From IMG/VR virus record IMGVR_UViG_3300032893_000025, positions 15,336 to 79,335 of that record: a stretch of DNA of 64,000 nucleotides, one strand, 5' to 3'. The position numbers were made by a program, and so were the translations under genes. This DNA comes from a virus. The notes beneath the pieces are model-generated. The model made no database searches. It was given only the letters and a program-made list of their open reading frames with translations, and had not been told where the DNA came from. This document shows positions 19,601 through 30,049 of the stretch, piece after piece. Within the stretch, counting starts at the first letter, position 1. Every line of letters starts with the position of its first letter.

Positions 19601-22015
19601 TTATCTAGTTCTAACTTTAAACTTAGGTCTTGGGTTATACCAAGGAGCATTGGGATCTTTAATTATATTGTAGTTCTCATTTGTTGCATTAAGAACATCA
19701 TATTTTTCTTTTTGTTGCAAATATTGAGGAATTGCCTGTGCTATATTTTGCCAATATTGCATATTCTGTCTTTTATATGCATTTTCATTTTCTCTGTTAG
19801 CTAACTGAGTATTTAAATAATTTGATATATTAGTTAGTTTAGATTGTTGTTTAGCTTGTGCATTAAACTGCTCTTCTCGTGATAAACTATCTAATATAGT
19901 ATTATTAACTCCTTCATCTATATCTGTATCTACTCCTGGTAATACTGATGCATACTGAGTTGGACTAATTCCACTATTTCTTAAAGCAGCAATTCTATTA
20001 GCTCTTGAAGTAACTCCTTGTTGTCTAGCAGATGTTCTAGCTCCTTCTAAGTTAATTAACTCAGGAGATATTGTAGGACTTTGTATATCGGGTAATCTAT
20101 TATTTCTATTTGCTAATAATAAAGCTAAATTAGCACCAACTGTTCCTACTAATCCTAAAGCATTACCCCTATATGGACTATCTTCTTCAGTTTCTGGTTT
20201 AAATTGTGGTAATTTTGGAACATTTATTGGATCTCCATATTCATACTTAGGTAGTCCTGAATTTAAAGTACCACCAATAGCTTTCATATATCCTCCACAA
20301 TTCATTTTACCACCACAATCCATACAACCACCACCACAATATTGTTCTAATTCTCCCCCATCTTCTTTTTTATGAAACCCATGATGTTTTTTAAATGTTA
20401 AAGCTAAAGCGCGTCTACGTCCTGTGCAGGTACTTTTAGTCATAGGTGTACAATACCCCTTATGGGCTGGGTTTACAGCTTTTTTAATCCATCCACCTTT
20501 AGCATATTCAGTTTCATCTCCATTACTATAATTAAACTCTAATTCTCCACCTTCTTCTAACATTTTTTCTCTAATAGCATTTGCTCTGGCTTCATATAAC
20601 CATTCTGGCAATTCTCCACCCCTTTCAAACTCTACCCCTTCTAAACCTCCACCAAGTTCATGTTTCCAATTTGCAGCATTTTTTGCAAAATTTGCCCTCT
20701 TAATTATTGTTGAACTGTATTTGTCTTTATGAGCCATTACATGTTTGGCAGCTTCTTGAACTCCCATTCCATGAGTATTAGCCCAATCTGTGAACTTTCC
20801 TTTATTCTCAGGTTTTATATGAATAGACCCCCCATCTCTATACTCTACAGAATTCATGTGTTCATCTAATCCCTTTTTGTATTCTTCTTGAGAATTTGCT
20901 ATTCCACCTAATTCCATATACATAGCATCTTGACTAATTTTATCATTAGGTCTACGAGAATACTTTTTAATTACTTTTCTTGCTTTATCTGAATAACCAA
21001 GTTTATCTGAAAAAATAAATGGGGATTCTTCATTAGGAAATTTAACTCCTATTTCATTACCTTCTACTTCAGCTCCTGGTTTACCACCTAATATATATGA
21101 AGGATTTCCTGTAAATGAATCTACTGGAATACCACCACCTTTATGAGATGCTCCTTTATAATCTATAGTATACCCACCTGATTCGTACCCTTTAGTACCT
21201 TCTCCACTTCTAAATTTAACAGTAGGTTTAGGAGGAGTATAAAAAGTATTCCAAGAATTTGGAATAGTTTTATACTGATTCTCCATTGTTTTATATAATG
21301 GATTATCTTGTTCTATATGTCTTACTCCAGCATTATTTGGATCAATAAAATATCCCTTATCTTTTCCAAATCTTTGATTCCAATTATTTATATAAGATTT
21401 AAATAAATCATTTACAGTAGCTTGTTGCATATCATCTTTAGGTCTTAATAATACTGTAGCATAATGACCTATACTATCTGGAGATTGATATAAACGAGGA
21501 TCATTAATATCACCTATATTGTTTATATATCTTGCTCTTTGTGCCATATTACCTTCTGTACGTGGAGTAACTAAGGTACCACCACCTGGAAATGTGGGAA
21601 TATTTGCAACTCTGGGAGCATTAGTTGTACTAAATTTTGCTTTAGCTTGCATTATTCTGTTTTCAAATTCTTCCTTTTCAGCTTCCCTTTTTCTATCCCC
21701 AGGTTTAACTCCTGAAAATAAATCAGATAACATATTAACTTTAGCCATAGGATTAATTATCATATCTAAAGCACCAGCTCCTTTACTATTATACTCTCCA
21801 TATTTATCTTTAAGTAAATTACTAGAAGTAGAATCTACTCCTTGTAATACAGAACCGGCTCCTGGTAATGCACTATTAGCTACAGAACCTAAAGTTTGTT
21901 TTCCAAATTGGGAGTACTGATCTGAGTCGTCAAACCCACCATTGTAATATTGAACTAATGGAGGGTAACCATTAGAGTTGTAAGGATCTCTCCATGAGTA
22001 TTTTCTCTTTTTCAT
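19601..22015 (-). CDS. Cargo protein (C1-like) with repeated xxxGG motifs and small basic modules
   Basis: 804 aa, directly after the muzzle gene; G.SH..GG.P..AEVEG.E motif; IHIKPENKGKF..KRANFA module; hydrophobic helix near the C-terminus. Confidence 0.7.
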   Translation of the reverse strand: MKKRKYSWRDPYNSNGYPPLVQYYNGGFDDSDQYSQFGKQTLGSVANSALPGAGSVLQGVDSTSSNLLKDKYGEYNSKGAGALDMIINPMAKVNMLSDLFSGVKPGDRKREAEKEEFENRIMQAKAKFSTTNAPRVANIPTFPGGGTLVTPRTEGNMAQRARYINNIGDINDPRLYQSPDSIGHYATVLLRPKDDMQQATVNDLFKSYINNWNQRFGKDKGYFIDPNNAGVRHIEQDNPLYKTMENQYKTIPNSWNTFYTPPKPTVKFRSGEGTKGYESGGYTIDYKGASHKGGGIPVDSFTGNPSYILGGKPGAEVEGNEIGVKFPNEESPFIFSDKLGYSDKARKVIKKYSRRPNDKISQDAMYMELGGIANSQEEYKKGLDEHMNSVEYRDGGSIHIKPENKGKFTDWANTHGMGVQEAAKHVMAHKDKYSSTIIKRANFAKNAANWKHELGGGLEGVEFERGGELPEWLYEARANAIREKMLEEGGELEFNYSNGDETEYAKGGWIKKAVNPAHKGYCTPMTKSTCTGRRRALALTFKKHHGFHKKEDGGELEQYCGGGCMDCGGKMNCGGYMKAIGGTLNSGLPKYEYGDPINVPKLPQFKPETEEDSPYRGNALGLVGTVGANLALLLANRNNRLPDIQSPTISPELINLEGARTSARQQGVTSRANRIAALRNSGISPTQYASVLPGVDTDIDEGVNNTILDSLSREEQFNAQAKQQSKLTNISNYLNTQLANRENENAYKRQNMQYWQNIAQAIPQYLQQKEKYDVLNATNENYNIIKDPNAPWYNPRPKFKVRTR

Positions 22016-22036
22016 AACTTATAAGTTAACTTAGTG

Positions 22037-22068
22037 TAAAAATAAATATTATTTGGGTAATATGCAAA
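22037..22068 (-). promoter_or_regulatory. Bacteroidota sigmaA-type promoter
   Basis: TTTG-N20-TATTTTTA upstream of 22015; an overlapping TATATTTG at 22065-22072 is an alternative -7 element. Confidence 0.5.
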
Positions 22069-22076
22069 TATATTTT

Positions 22077-25000
22077 CTAATAAGGTTTAGTAGAAGAGTA
22101 TGTAGTAATTATATCATTTACTACTAATTTCTTATTTGCATTATTTGTAAATGATAGTTCTACAATAATATAACTATCTTTTAGTCTTTGTTCAGATGAA
22201 TCAAATACTTGATTAAATCTCCAAGTTCTAAATAATCTACCTACATTAGTTCCAAGAGTTAAAGAAATATTTCCAGAATCTTGCCAATCATTATAAAATC
22301 TAATAGTATTAAAAGTCTCTTGCAGGTTACTACCAACTTCTGTTAACCACTCAAATATATCAAATCTATTTACAAGATTACCATCTGGGTTTATTAACAA
22401 AGAAATTTTACTATCATAGTAACTTCCATAGAATTGTCCATAATTACCATAATTTTCTAAATATATATCTATTCCATTGAGAGATGTATATAAGAAATCA
22501 TCTGTAGTAATATATCTAAAAGGAATTACTTTATTTATTTGAGAGAAAGAATTTTGTTGCTCATTAAATACTAATGTTCTCTTGTATCCATCAGGCCAAG
22601 AACTAGCAATAAATGTAAAGAATATATTATTAAATTTTCTATCATACCCTGTAATTACATCTATTAAATTAGTTCCAGTAATATTTTTATTAAGGTATGA
22701 TTGAATTCCTAACATTTTAGATATATTCTGTTCTCCTGATGCTTTATTGAATCTATAAATGGAGTTATTTCTTGTATCATACCAATATAGAATATTTAAT
22801 CCTGTAATAATTCCATTTCTATGACTACACCCTGCGGCAGTTGTAAAATAATCAAATCTATCTAATATACCTCCTGTGCCTATACGTAACTGAGATGAGT
22901 TACTTCCTTGAGTTACTTCTCTTTCTTCTACAGATAAAATGCAAATACCATTGGGTTGAAAACATATTAAATCAGAATTATGATTTATAAGCGCAGTTAT
23001 AGACCCATATTGAGAATCTACATCTTTATAATTTAAAGGTCTCCACTTAGTCCAACTATCAGATATTTCATTATTAAACTTCCTATTACTATACTGTACT
23101 CTAATATCAAAGGTAGGGGTATCTATAATATCTAAAGGTTTAGCATAATACTTTAAAGTAGTATTTTGATGAGAGTAAACTGAATTATATTTATATAAAT
23201 CATCTACTTGAGTAAATGATAAAGGACTCTTTGCATATATTCCTGAGACTTCCTGTATTAATGCAGCATCAGAACTTATTACTCCATTTCCAATATTAGA
23301 ATATAATTGTGTAAAATTTTTATTAGACTGCCATCTGGTATTTATAGTAGTCTCTACAGGAAATTTAAAAGTTTCATTATAGAATTCATTTACCGCAGTT
23401 GTTCCTACTAATCCAGAAACCATTGCCCTTTGATATTCAAATAAAGATACAAAAGTATCTCCATTATAAATATCTATAGTGGTATTAGAGTTTCCTGTTT
23501 GTATATCAGAACATGATATATAATATCTTCTTGATCTGGCTTCAAATGTTCCTCCTCCATAACCAGCAACGGCTCTTTTATAATTAGCGAGTATATACTT
23601 ACTTCCATAAGTAAAAGATGTATCTGTTATACCTGAGAAGTCTAAATCTGCCCCAGAATGTTCTATAATTCCAATAGTTCCATGATACCCCTGTAAATTA
23701 CCAGAACCATATTTTCTAATATAGTTTTCGTAACTACTAGTTCCAATAGTAACTTTATTTAATGGGGGTATTGCAGCTTCTACATCTTCAAATTTATTTA
23801 CTATATTAAACCCAGTAACTACATTTCTTCTTAATGTTCCTACTAATGTAGATGTAGATGTACTAGTTACTTTAGATATTGTAATAAGATTTGTTAAATT
23901 AAAGTTTAAATTTCTGTTATCAATAAAAGGAACAGATGTTAATGTAGTTTTATAATATCTATAAGCTAAATTACAGACATCAATTAATTCTACTTGATCT
24001 CCCCCAGAATATGTTAAATTTTTATTATAGTTTATTTCGGGAGATATAAATTCAGATAGTCTTTTATTTAAAGTTTGGCCTCTTGTAGCAACTCCATTAT
24101 ATTCAGCTACAGTTGGTAAAGTTACAGCAGGAGTATTCCATGTATATCCACTTTCATTATAAGATCTTATACCACTTATAAGTCCTTGTGCTAATATGGT
24201 TCTATCATCAGTCTTTCTCTCACATCTTACTATTTGCCAATGAGTACAATCTGCTGGTAAATTTCTTACATTAAATCTAATCCCTAATAATCTAGCATCT
24301 CCTTCAGCACTTTTATTTATTCCATAAGTAGCAGCATCTTGCATTCTAGGAAATCTTATATCTCCTATCCATAAGGGATAACTTCTTTGAGTTCCTCTCC
24401 ATAATACTATTGAAAAAGGGTATACTTCATCTCTTTGATACCCTCTATTTTCTGATGCATAAATAGGATTAACCCAATATGCACTATTAGTTTCGTCTAC
24501 TACAGATGCAGTACTGTCAACACTAATATCTTTTGTTATAAAACTATAACTTATATTTAACCCACTTCCTCCTAATGTAGTACCATTAGATTGGTATTTA
24601 AAATTTTTATCTCCAGTTATACCAGTCATAGCAACTCCATCCAATGTAAAATTATTATATGGATTCCAAGCATCGTGTGTTTCTGGTATATTAGTATAAT
24701 CCGGTGATGGGCCTATTAATTCTACAACTCCAGTTGGACTAATCATTGGAGTGTTAAAATCACAGGGATAGGCTCTCTGATTAGAATTGAATCTATATGT
24801 TCTTGCATCATAAGTTACATTCCATATATTTTCTTTAATATTAGCGGCAAATAAAATATTATTTTTAGTTTCTAAGTCCTGACAGGTAAAATCATACTTT
24901 AACAAATTAAATTCATCTAAAGTAAGAGTTCCTAAATTAGACAAACCTGTATCTGTAAACGTCATAGAAGTATCTGTTGTGGTTTCTTCTATAACAGTTA

Positions 25001-25802
25001 TTTCAGGACTTACTAATATATTTGTATAAAATATTCTAACTACTCTTATTCTATTAAAAGTAGTATCTACATTATCTACTGTAAATGTAACAGATTTACC
25101 CGCAGATTCTCCTTCATTGTTTCCTTTAAATAATATATCGCTTCCTGTTGTAGGTGAGTCTGATAAAGGAAGTAAAGATGATGGTGGTATAAAATTACTT
25201 TCAGCCCCATATAGATTATATAACTGATATGAGTATTGCACCATCCCAGCTTTTAAAGCCCCAATTCCTATAGAATTTATAACTATAGGATCAAATGTTA
25301 CTGATGGTATAGAATCAAAATCTTTAGCAGTTAAACTTGAAATATTAGGATCTTCTATATTACAAAACTTAATATTACTATTTCCATCTGTCCAATATAT
25401 TTTAATAATTTCATCTGATTCATATCTACTAATAACTCTTAGAATTGGATAAGATGAACCAAATCCTAAATTTCCAGTATAAATATAAGAACCAGTTAAT
25501 CCTCCTGTAGATCCTATTGTATACTTATATATTCTATCATTTACTCCAGGATTATTTCCTATAGCTAATATAATTAAATAATTTCTTACGGTAGTATATG
25601 CTTGTACACCATGCATACTCCATCCACTATCTAAACTAACAGACAAAGAATTACCTTTGGGATTAACTAAAGCAAAACTGCTTAGTCCATCGTCAGTGAT
25701 TAATCTAAGCAGCTCAACATCATAGCAATGTTCGTTATCATACTTATTTTTAGAAAGATCTCTGTTTATACCTTTCTGAAAAGTATTAAAAGTTTTTTTC
25801 AT
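22077..25802 (-). CDS. Tail muzzle/stabilization protein (P22 gp10-like, beta-propeller)
   Basis: 1241 aa, beta-rich; N-terminal NTFQKGINRD, IYWTDG and RGYQRDEVY.F motifs typical of the crAss-like muzzle protein; synteny. Confidence 0.85.
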   Translation of the reverse strand: MKKTFNTFQKGINRDLSKNKYDNEHCYDVELLRLITDDGLSSFALVNPKGNSLSVSLDSGWSMHGVQAYTTVRNYLIILAIGNNPGVNDRIYKYTIGSTGGLTGSYIYTGNLGFGSSYPILRVISRYESDEIIKIYWTDGNSNIKFCNIEDPNISSLTAKDFDSIPSVTFDPIVINSIGIGALKAGMVQYSYQLYNLYGAESNFIPPSSLLPLSDSPTTGSDILFKGNNEGESAGKSVTFTVDNVDTTFNRIRVVRIFYTNILVSPEITVIEETTTDTSMTFTDTGLSNLGTLTLDEFNLLKYDFTCQDLETKNNILFAANIKENIWNVTYDARTYRFNSNQRAYPCDFNTPMISPTGVVELIGPSPDYTNIPETHDAWNPYNNFTLDGVAMTGITGDKNFKYQSNGTTLGGSGLNISYSFITKDISVDSTASVVDETNSAYWVNPIYASENRGYQRDEVYPFSIVLWRGTQRSYPLWIGDIRFPRMQDAATYGINKSAEGDARLLGIRFNVRNLPADCTHWQIVRCERKTDDRTILAQGLISGIRSYNESGYTWNTPAVTLPTVAEYNGVATRGQTLNKRLSEFISPEINYNKNLTYSGGDQVELIDVCNLAYRYYKTTLTSVPFIDNRNLNFNLTNLITISKVTSTSTSTLVGTLRRNVVTGFNIVNKFEDVEAAIPPLNKVTIGTSSYENYIRKYGSGNLQGYHGTIGIIEHSGADLDFSGITDTSFTYGSKYILANYKRAVAGYGGGTFEARSRRYYISCSDIQTGNSNTTIDIYNGDTFVSLFEYQRAMVSGLVGTTAVNEFYNETFKFPVETTINTRWQSNKNFTQLYSNIGNGVISSDAALIQEVSGIYAKSPLSFTQVDDLYKYNSVYSHQNTTLKYYAKPLDIIDTPTFDIRVQYSNRKFNNEISDSWTKWRPLNYKDVDSQYGSITALINHNSDLICFQPNGICILSVEEREVTQGSNSSQLRIGTGGILDRFDYFTTAAGCSHRNGIITGLNILYWYDTRNNSIYRFNKASGEQNISKMLGIQSYLNKNITGTNLIDVITGYDRKFNNIFFTFIASSWPDGYKRTLVFNEQQNSFSQINKVIPFRYITTDDFLYTSLNGIDIYLENYGNYGQFYGSYYDSKISLLINPDGNLVNRFDIFEWLTEVGSNLQETFNTIRFYNDWQDSGNISLTLGTNVGRLFRTWRFNQVFDSSEQRLKDSYIIVELSFTNNANKKLVVNDIITTYSSTKPY

Positions 25803-25803
25803 C

Positions 25804-26610
25804 TTATATTTTTCTTAATCTTTCTATCTCTCCTGAATATTTAAATCCTGTAGCATGTTCATTAGGTTTAGGAATAAGTCTCATCCTCATATTCTTTATA
25901 GCTTCCATCATATCTATATCAGGTATAATGGCTTTTCCTTTAGCAGCACCAGCAGCAAAGCAATATTGAGAATCTATGTCATCTTTGATAGCTTTAGACA
26001 TTTCTCCTCTATAATAACCACGTGTAGCTAATCTTGCTGCTATATAAGTTACAACTGCTCTAATGTATTGTGGGTCATCTGGAATCTTAGGTTCTCCGTC
26101 ATCTGTAACAGGAAATGCACTATAACTTATTTCTACATCTCCATCTTTAAACCCAAAGTAAATAGAACCATTATGTTCCTGATAAGTTAACTGCTCGGGT
26201 ATTACTGGGCCATTACCCCACTGTGCCACAAATACTGTTGTGTTGTTTATATCCACAGAACCATTAGCATCTATTACAATTGTTGGGCCTTCAAATACTG
26301 TAGTTGTACCAATACCAGAGTCATTACTACTATTTAATCTATGAAATAAATCTGTAGTTTTTCTAAGTAATACTCCTGTAGTTTTTTCTCTAATATTCTC
26401 AATTTTATACATATCTACAGGAATAATAGTTTTCCACTCAACTATAGGTAAATGTCTAAATTTAGATTCTAATGCTGAATATATATTTAAAACCCCCATA
26501 ACATCCCAAATCCATTCCATAACTTCAGACTTGTTTATATTAACAAACCCAAAATCTCTATAGACATTTTCTATAACCCTATCAACAGTTGTATAACTAG
26601 TTGTTAACAT
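25804..26610 (-). CDS. Tail ring/tubular protein (P22 gp4-like)
   Basis: 268 aa; ISYSAFP.TDDGEP.IPDD motif; adjacent to the muzzle gene. Confidence 0.78.
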   Translation of the reverse strand: MLTTSYTTVDRVIENVYRDFGFVNINKSEVMEWIWDVMGVLNIYSALESKFRHLPIVEWKTIIPVDMYKIENIREKTTGVLLRKTTDLFHRLNSSNDSGIGTTTVFEGPTIVIDANGSVDINNTTVFVAQWGNGPVIPEQLTYQEHNGSIYFGFKDGDVEISYSAFPVTDDGEPKIPDDPQYIRAVVTYIAARLATRGYYRGEMSKAIKDDIDSQYCFAAGAAKGKAIIPDIDMMEAIKNMRMRLIPKPNEHATGFKYSGEIERLRKI

Positions 26611-26612
26611 TT

Positions 26613-26888
26613 TTATACATTTAATTCTTTCATAATACTTTCTAATGTTTCATCTTTATTAGGGTCTTCATCCAATGGATTAGTTTTAGAAAAGTACTTA
26701 TTGGATTTATAATTCCAATTACCATTTTTATCTCTTCCCTCTGTACTAAGAGTAATTAAGAACCCGCCATTATCTAGTTCTTCAACATCTACATTTTTGC
26801 TATTATCTCCAACTTTGGTTCTTTGAGACCAAGTTTTTACTTTTTTATCAGGTAACTTAGTTGTTACTTCTTTTGCTTTATTGTTCAT
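26613..26888 (-). CDS. Hypothetical protein
   Basis: 91-aa ORF tightly packed in the operon. Confidence 0.6.
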   Translation of the reverse strand: MNNKAKEVTTKLPDKKVKTWSQRTKVGDNSKNVDVEELDNGGFLITLSTEGRDKNGNWNYKSNKYFSKTNPLDEDPNKDETLESIMKELNV

Positions 26889-27435
26889 AATAATTTCTAT
26901 ATAAATCAGTATTTTCTCTTAATGCTCTATTTAATGTTAATTTAGCTGTCCTGTTCATTTTAAACCTATATACCTTTTTATTAGGTACATTGCAGGATAT
27001 TTTATTCCATTTAAATACACATCTATATCTATCCGTATGTTCATTCCAATTATAAATTAATCCTTTCTCTTCTATAGGTATTTTAGCAATCTCTTCCGCA
27101 GTAAGATTAGGATATTTCTCAACCCACATTTCTTTTGTTTCTTTCCATTTAACAGGAATTTTATTTCTATTTACTTTATCTCCTATTACTTTTATTCTTA
27201 ACTTTCTCCTCATTAACTCAATTTCCCCAAGTCTAAAAGGCATTACAAATGGAGTACCAAAATAAATCATGTTAAAAACAACTTCACAAAAGAAATCTCT
27301 CATTATAGTTTTATATAGTTTATAAGAAATAGGTTTTTCTCCTTTAGATTCTTTCTTTTCTTTATAAAATCTATATAAATCTTTTATTCCATAATCTGCT
27401 ATATATCTTCTTTCTCCCCTTTTAAAAGCAAGCAT
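26878..27435 (-). CDS. IHF/HU-like DNA-binding protein (crAss-type)
   Basis: Basic 185 aa; F.MPFRLG.I and WKETKEMW...NEHTD.Y motifs; conserved position between ring genes. Confidence 0.7.
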   Translation of the reverse strand: MLAFKRGERRYIADYGIKDLYRFYKEKKESKGEKPISYKLYKTIMRDFFCEVVFNMIYFGTPFVMPFRLGEIELMRRKLRIKVIGDKVNRNKIPVKWKETKEMWVEKYPNLTAEEIAKIPIEEKGLIYNWNEHTDRYRCVFKWNKISCNVPNKKVYRFKMNRTAKLTLNRALRENTDLYRNYYEQ

Positions 27436-27436
27436 A

Positions 27437-28147
27437 TTAGTTTTCCTTAGCCAAAGTTTGTGGATTAGCTGGAGATGGATCTATAGGAGGTTTATAATCT
27501 AATCTAAATTCTCTACTTAATATCATCTCCTTCATATCACTTATTAAATTTAAATTAATTGGGTATTCATCATCGTCTGTATAAGTAGAACTATTTAAAG
27601 TAGATACTTCTACAGGATTACTAAAAACTCCTCTTATATTTAATCCTTGTATACCAGATATAGATTGAAAGTTTTTACTCATTAATAATATTTTATCTCC
27701 ATAAACAACAGCAAAAACTGTATCATGGTTAAACTTACCATTCCCAGAGAATAAAGCTTGGTCATAAGGAACTATAGTGTAATTAATTCTTAACTTGTCT
27801 GCTGGGCCTATTCTTACAAAAGTATGATTATATGCATTTCTTTCTATAGTCTTTGGTATAGATATTGTAGTCTCTGCAAAATAATTATTAGATGGCAATG
27901 TTGTATAAATAGAACTATCTATCATTTGTAAAGCTACCGGGTTACCACCGGGAGCTAAAGTTTGTATATATGCTTCATCAATTGGTAACATAGAGTACTT
28001 ATCAAACTTTTGTTTTAAAAGTTTAGCCCTCATTGTGTTTACCCAAAACTTTATTTGGCGTATATCAACATTATCTGTATCCTTAACATTCTGAGAGTAA
28101 AACTCAAAAACATCATAGGCAGCTTCATTAAGTGTTATAGATGCCAT
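27437..28147 (-). CDS. Tail ring protein
   Basis: 236 aa; RQIKFWVN..RA.LL and IRGVFSNP..DDEYPI motifs; synteny with crAss-like ring proteins. Confidence 0.75.
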   Translation of the reverse strand: MASITLNEAAYDVFEFYSQNVKDTDNVDIRQIKFWVNTMRAKLLKQKFDKYSMLPIDEAYIQTLAPGGNPVALQMIDSSIYTTLPSNNYFAETTISIPKTIERNAYNHTFVRIGPADKLRINYTIVPYDQALFSGNGKFNHDTVFAVVYGDKILLMSKNFQSISGIQGLNIRGVFSNPVEVSTLNSSTYTDDDEYPINLNLISDMKEMILSREFRLDYKPPIDPSPANPQTLAKEN

Positions 28148-28149
28148 TT

Positions 28150-28728
28150 TTATTTAACTATTTTAATATTTTGTATCACAGGTACTTCTATACCACTACA
28201 TTTTAAATAGGCTTTTGTAGAAATACTTTTCTTCCATTTTATAAATAGAATCCTATGTTCCCATTTCTTGTATTCAAATACTTCTAAACTATCGTTAAAT
28301 TCTCTATTAGTTATTTCAGTAATAAGTTTCTTATTTGCATAATCTATATAACTATTTCCTTCTACTTTAAAACATTTACTATTATCTACAAATTTATACT
28401 TTTTTAAAATAGGGTTATTATATGTAGTATCTAAAATAGATAAATTTTTGATTCTGGTACTATCCTTAATGTTAATTTCAGTTGTGACTACATTTGTTAC
28501 ATCTTTTAATTTTAGTTTTAATTTAGATAGTTCAGATTGAAAATTTTCAGAATAATATTCTTTAAATTCTTTTTCTTTTAATTCTTGTTGTCTTGCATTA
28601 TCTTTTATAATAGCAATAATATTATTATCTTTTCTATCTACTTCAGATTTAAGATAAAACACTCCTTTAGTAAGTCCTACTAATATTATTGATAAAATAA
28701 TTACAGTTAATATTAAATATTTATTCAT
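28150..28728 (-). CDS. Spanin-like (Rz-like) lysis protein
   Basis: N-terminal TM helix plus coiled coil; follows the endolysin; W..R.LF..W.K motif. Confidence 0.6.
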   Translation of the reverse strand: MNKYLILTVIILSIILVGLTKGVFYLKSEVDRKDNNIIAIIKDNARQQELKEKEFKEYYSENFQSELSKLKLKLKDVTNVVTTEINIKDSTRIKNLSILDTTYNNPILKKYKFVDNSKCFKVEGNSYIDYANKKLITEITNREFNDSLEVFEYKKWEHRILFIKWKKSISTKAYLKCSGIEVPVIQNIKIVK

Positions 28729-29204
28729 TTGAATTTTGTATTATTTACTCTTGTTATCCATCCTCTTAAAAATTTAAGAAGAGTTGGCTTTTTCTTAACT
28801 AAATCTCCATAGTATTCTATTCTACTACTTTTATATTCTTCCACAATATCTCCTTTATATTCATTGGCTAATTTAGATGTAACTGGCCCCAAGTCTCCAT
28901 CTTCTTTGCAATTTAATATTCTTTGTAGTAGTTTAATAGCTGTACCTATTCCAGCATTAACCCCCATATCAAATAAGTGAAGTTTAAGTAATTCATTCTG
29001 AATTAAATCTAACTTCATAGGTTTCCAATATTTTTCTAAATAAATTCCTCTCGCTTGGTTTACAGTAAGATTCTTTATATCAAGTTCTGGAAATTGCCTT
29101 TTACAAATACCAAAATTAGTTTCTCCACCTGGATCATTTGGGTCATTTACACACCCACCTTCATGTTCTAATATAACATCAATATACTCACTTACGTTTC
29201 TCAT
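28725..29204 (-). CDS. Endolysin, glycoside hydrolase family 108 with peptidoglycan-binding domain
   Basis: HEGG.VNDPNDPGGETNFGI, FDMGVNAG, DG.LGP.T and FLRGW..R motifs. Confidence 0.92.
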   Translation of the reverse strand: MRNVSEYIDVILEHEGGCVNDPNDPGGETNFGICKRQFPELDIKNLTVNQARGIYLEKYWKPMKLDLIQNELLKLHLFDMGVNAGIGTAIKLLQRILNCKEDGDLGPVTSKLANEYKGDIVEEYKSSRIEYYGDLVKKKPTLLKFLRGWITRVNNTKFK

Positions 29205-29488
29205 GTAGTTAAATAATCAATTACATTATAATCTGTTACAAATAAAGAATTTAATCTTTCTTGTATATCTTGCATTTGTGGTACAGTAAAGAAATTAGAA
29301 TCACTTGCTCCTTCAACTATGGGAGTATATTCCATCATAATTTCTATATATCCTTTGGCTGTCTTAAGTAAAAATAGATCATTTTTCCAATCCTTATCTA
29401 TTCTTATCTTATTACACATAAGACTTACCTTATTAGAGTATAAATCTAATAAAGCAAGTCTATATGAGTTAAAATCTGCAATTAACAT
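29201..29488 (-). CDS. Small helical protein, possibly a tail hub component
   Basis: 95-aa ORF in the operon; function inferred only from position. Confidence 0.5.
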   Translation of the reverse strand: MLIADFNSYRLALLDLYSNKVSLMCNKIRIDKDWKNDLFLLKTAKGYIEIMMEYTPIVEGASDSNFFTVPQMQDIQERLNSLFVTDYNVIDYLTT

Positions 29489-29490
29489 TG

Positions 29491-29697
29491 TTATTTCTTT
29501 TTAACTGTTTCTTTTGTAGTTTCAGGAGTATCTTCTCCTTTTTCTGCTTCGAGTAAACTATCGAGTAAACCAATAGCCCCCTCAGACTTTAGTAATATCT
29601 GATTAACTTTATCAAGTTCTGCTAAAAGTTTACCTTTATACTCAGAAGTAGATTGATACTTCTTAACTAATTCTTCTCTTTCTTTTTGTAAGTCCAT
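29491..29697 (-). CDS. Small coiled-coil protein
   Basis: 68 aa, heptad pattern, EGAI.LL motif; directly downstream of a promoter. Confidence 0.6.
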   Translation of the reverse strand: MDLQKEREELVKKYQSTSEYKGKLLAELDKVNQILLKSEGAIGLLDSLLEAEKGEDTPETTKETVKKK

Positions 29698-29727
29698 TGT
29701 CTTAAAATTATTAATTAATTAATAGTA

Positions 29728-29758
29728 CAAATATAAAAATATTTTTGTAAAAAACAAA
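29728..29758 (-). promoter_or_regulatory. Bacteroidota sigmaA promoter driving lysis genes
   Basis: TTTG-N19-TATATTTG, exact -33/-7 consensus. Confidence 0.7.
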
Positions 29759-29770
29759 TTTTATTTTATA

Positions 29771-30037
29771 CTACTCTTTAGGAGTAATTTTTCCTTCCTC
29801 TTTAGTTACTTCTGGTATAACTTTATTTTTAAAAAATTCAGAAGTAACCATACCAAGCCCTGCTAAAACTAAACCTACTATTCCCCAGTATATTTCCATA
29901 TTTATAACCACACCCTTAGTAGCTTTTATAGTCATATATGTTAATAATCCCATTGCCCAATAGAGTATAGCTCTCTTAGAACTAGCTCCATTTTCTTGAT
30001 CCTCAAAGAATCCTTTAAACCAATTGAAAAATTTCAT
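29771..30037 (-). CDS. Holin-like two-TM protein
   Basis: 88 aa; GFFE...G.SSKR followed by two TM helices and a charged tail; upstream of the endolysin. Confidence 0.65.
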   Translation of the reverse strand: MKFFNWFKGFFEDQENGASSKRAILYWAMGLLTYMTIKATKGVVINMEIYWGIVGLVLAGLGMVTSEFFKNKVIPEVTKEEGKITPKE

Positions 30038-30049
30038 AATATTTATTTT

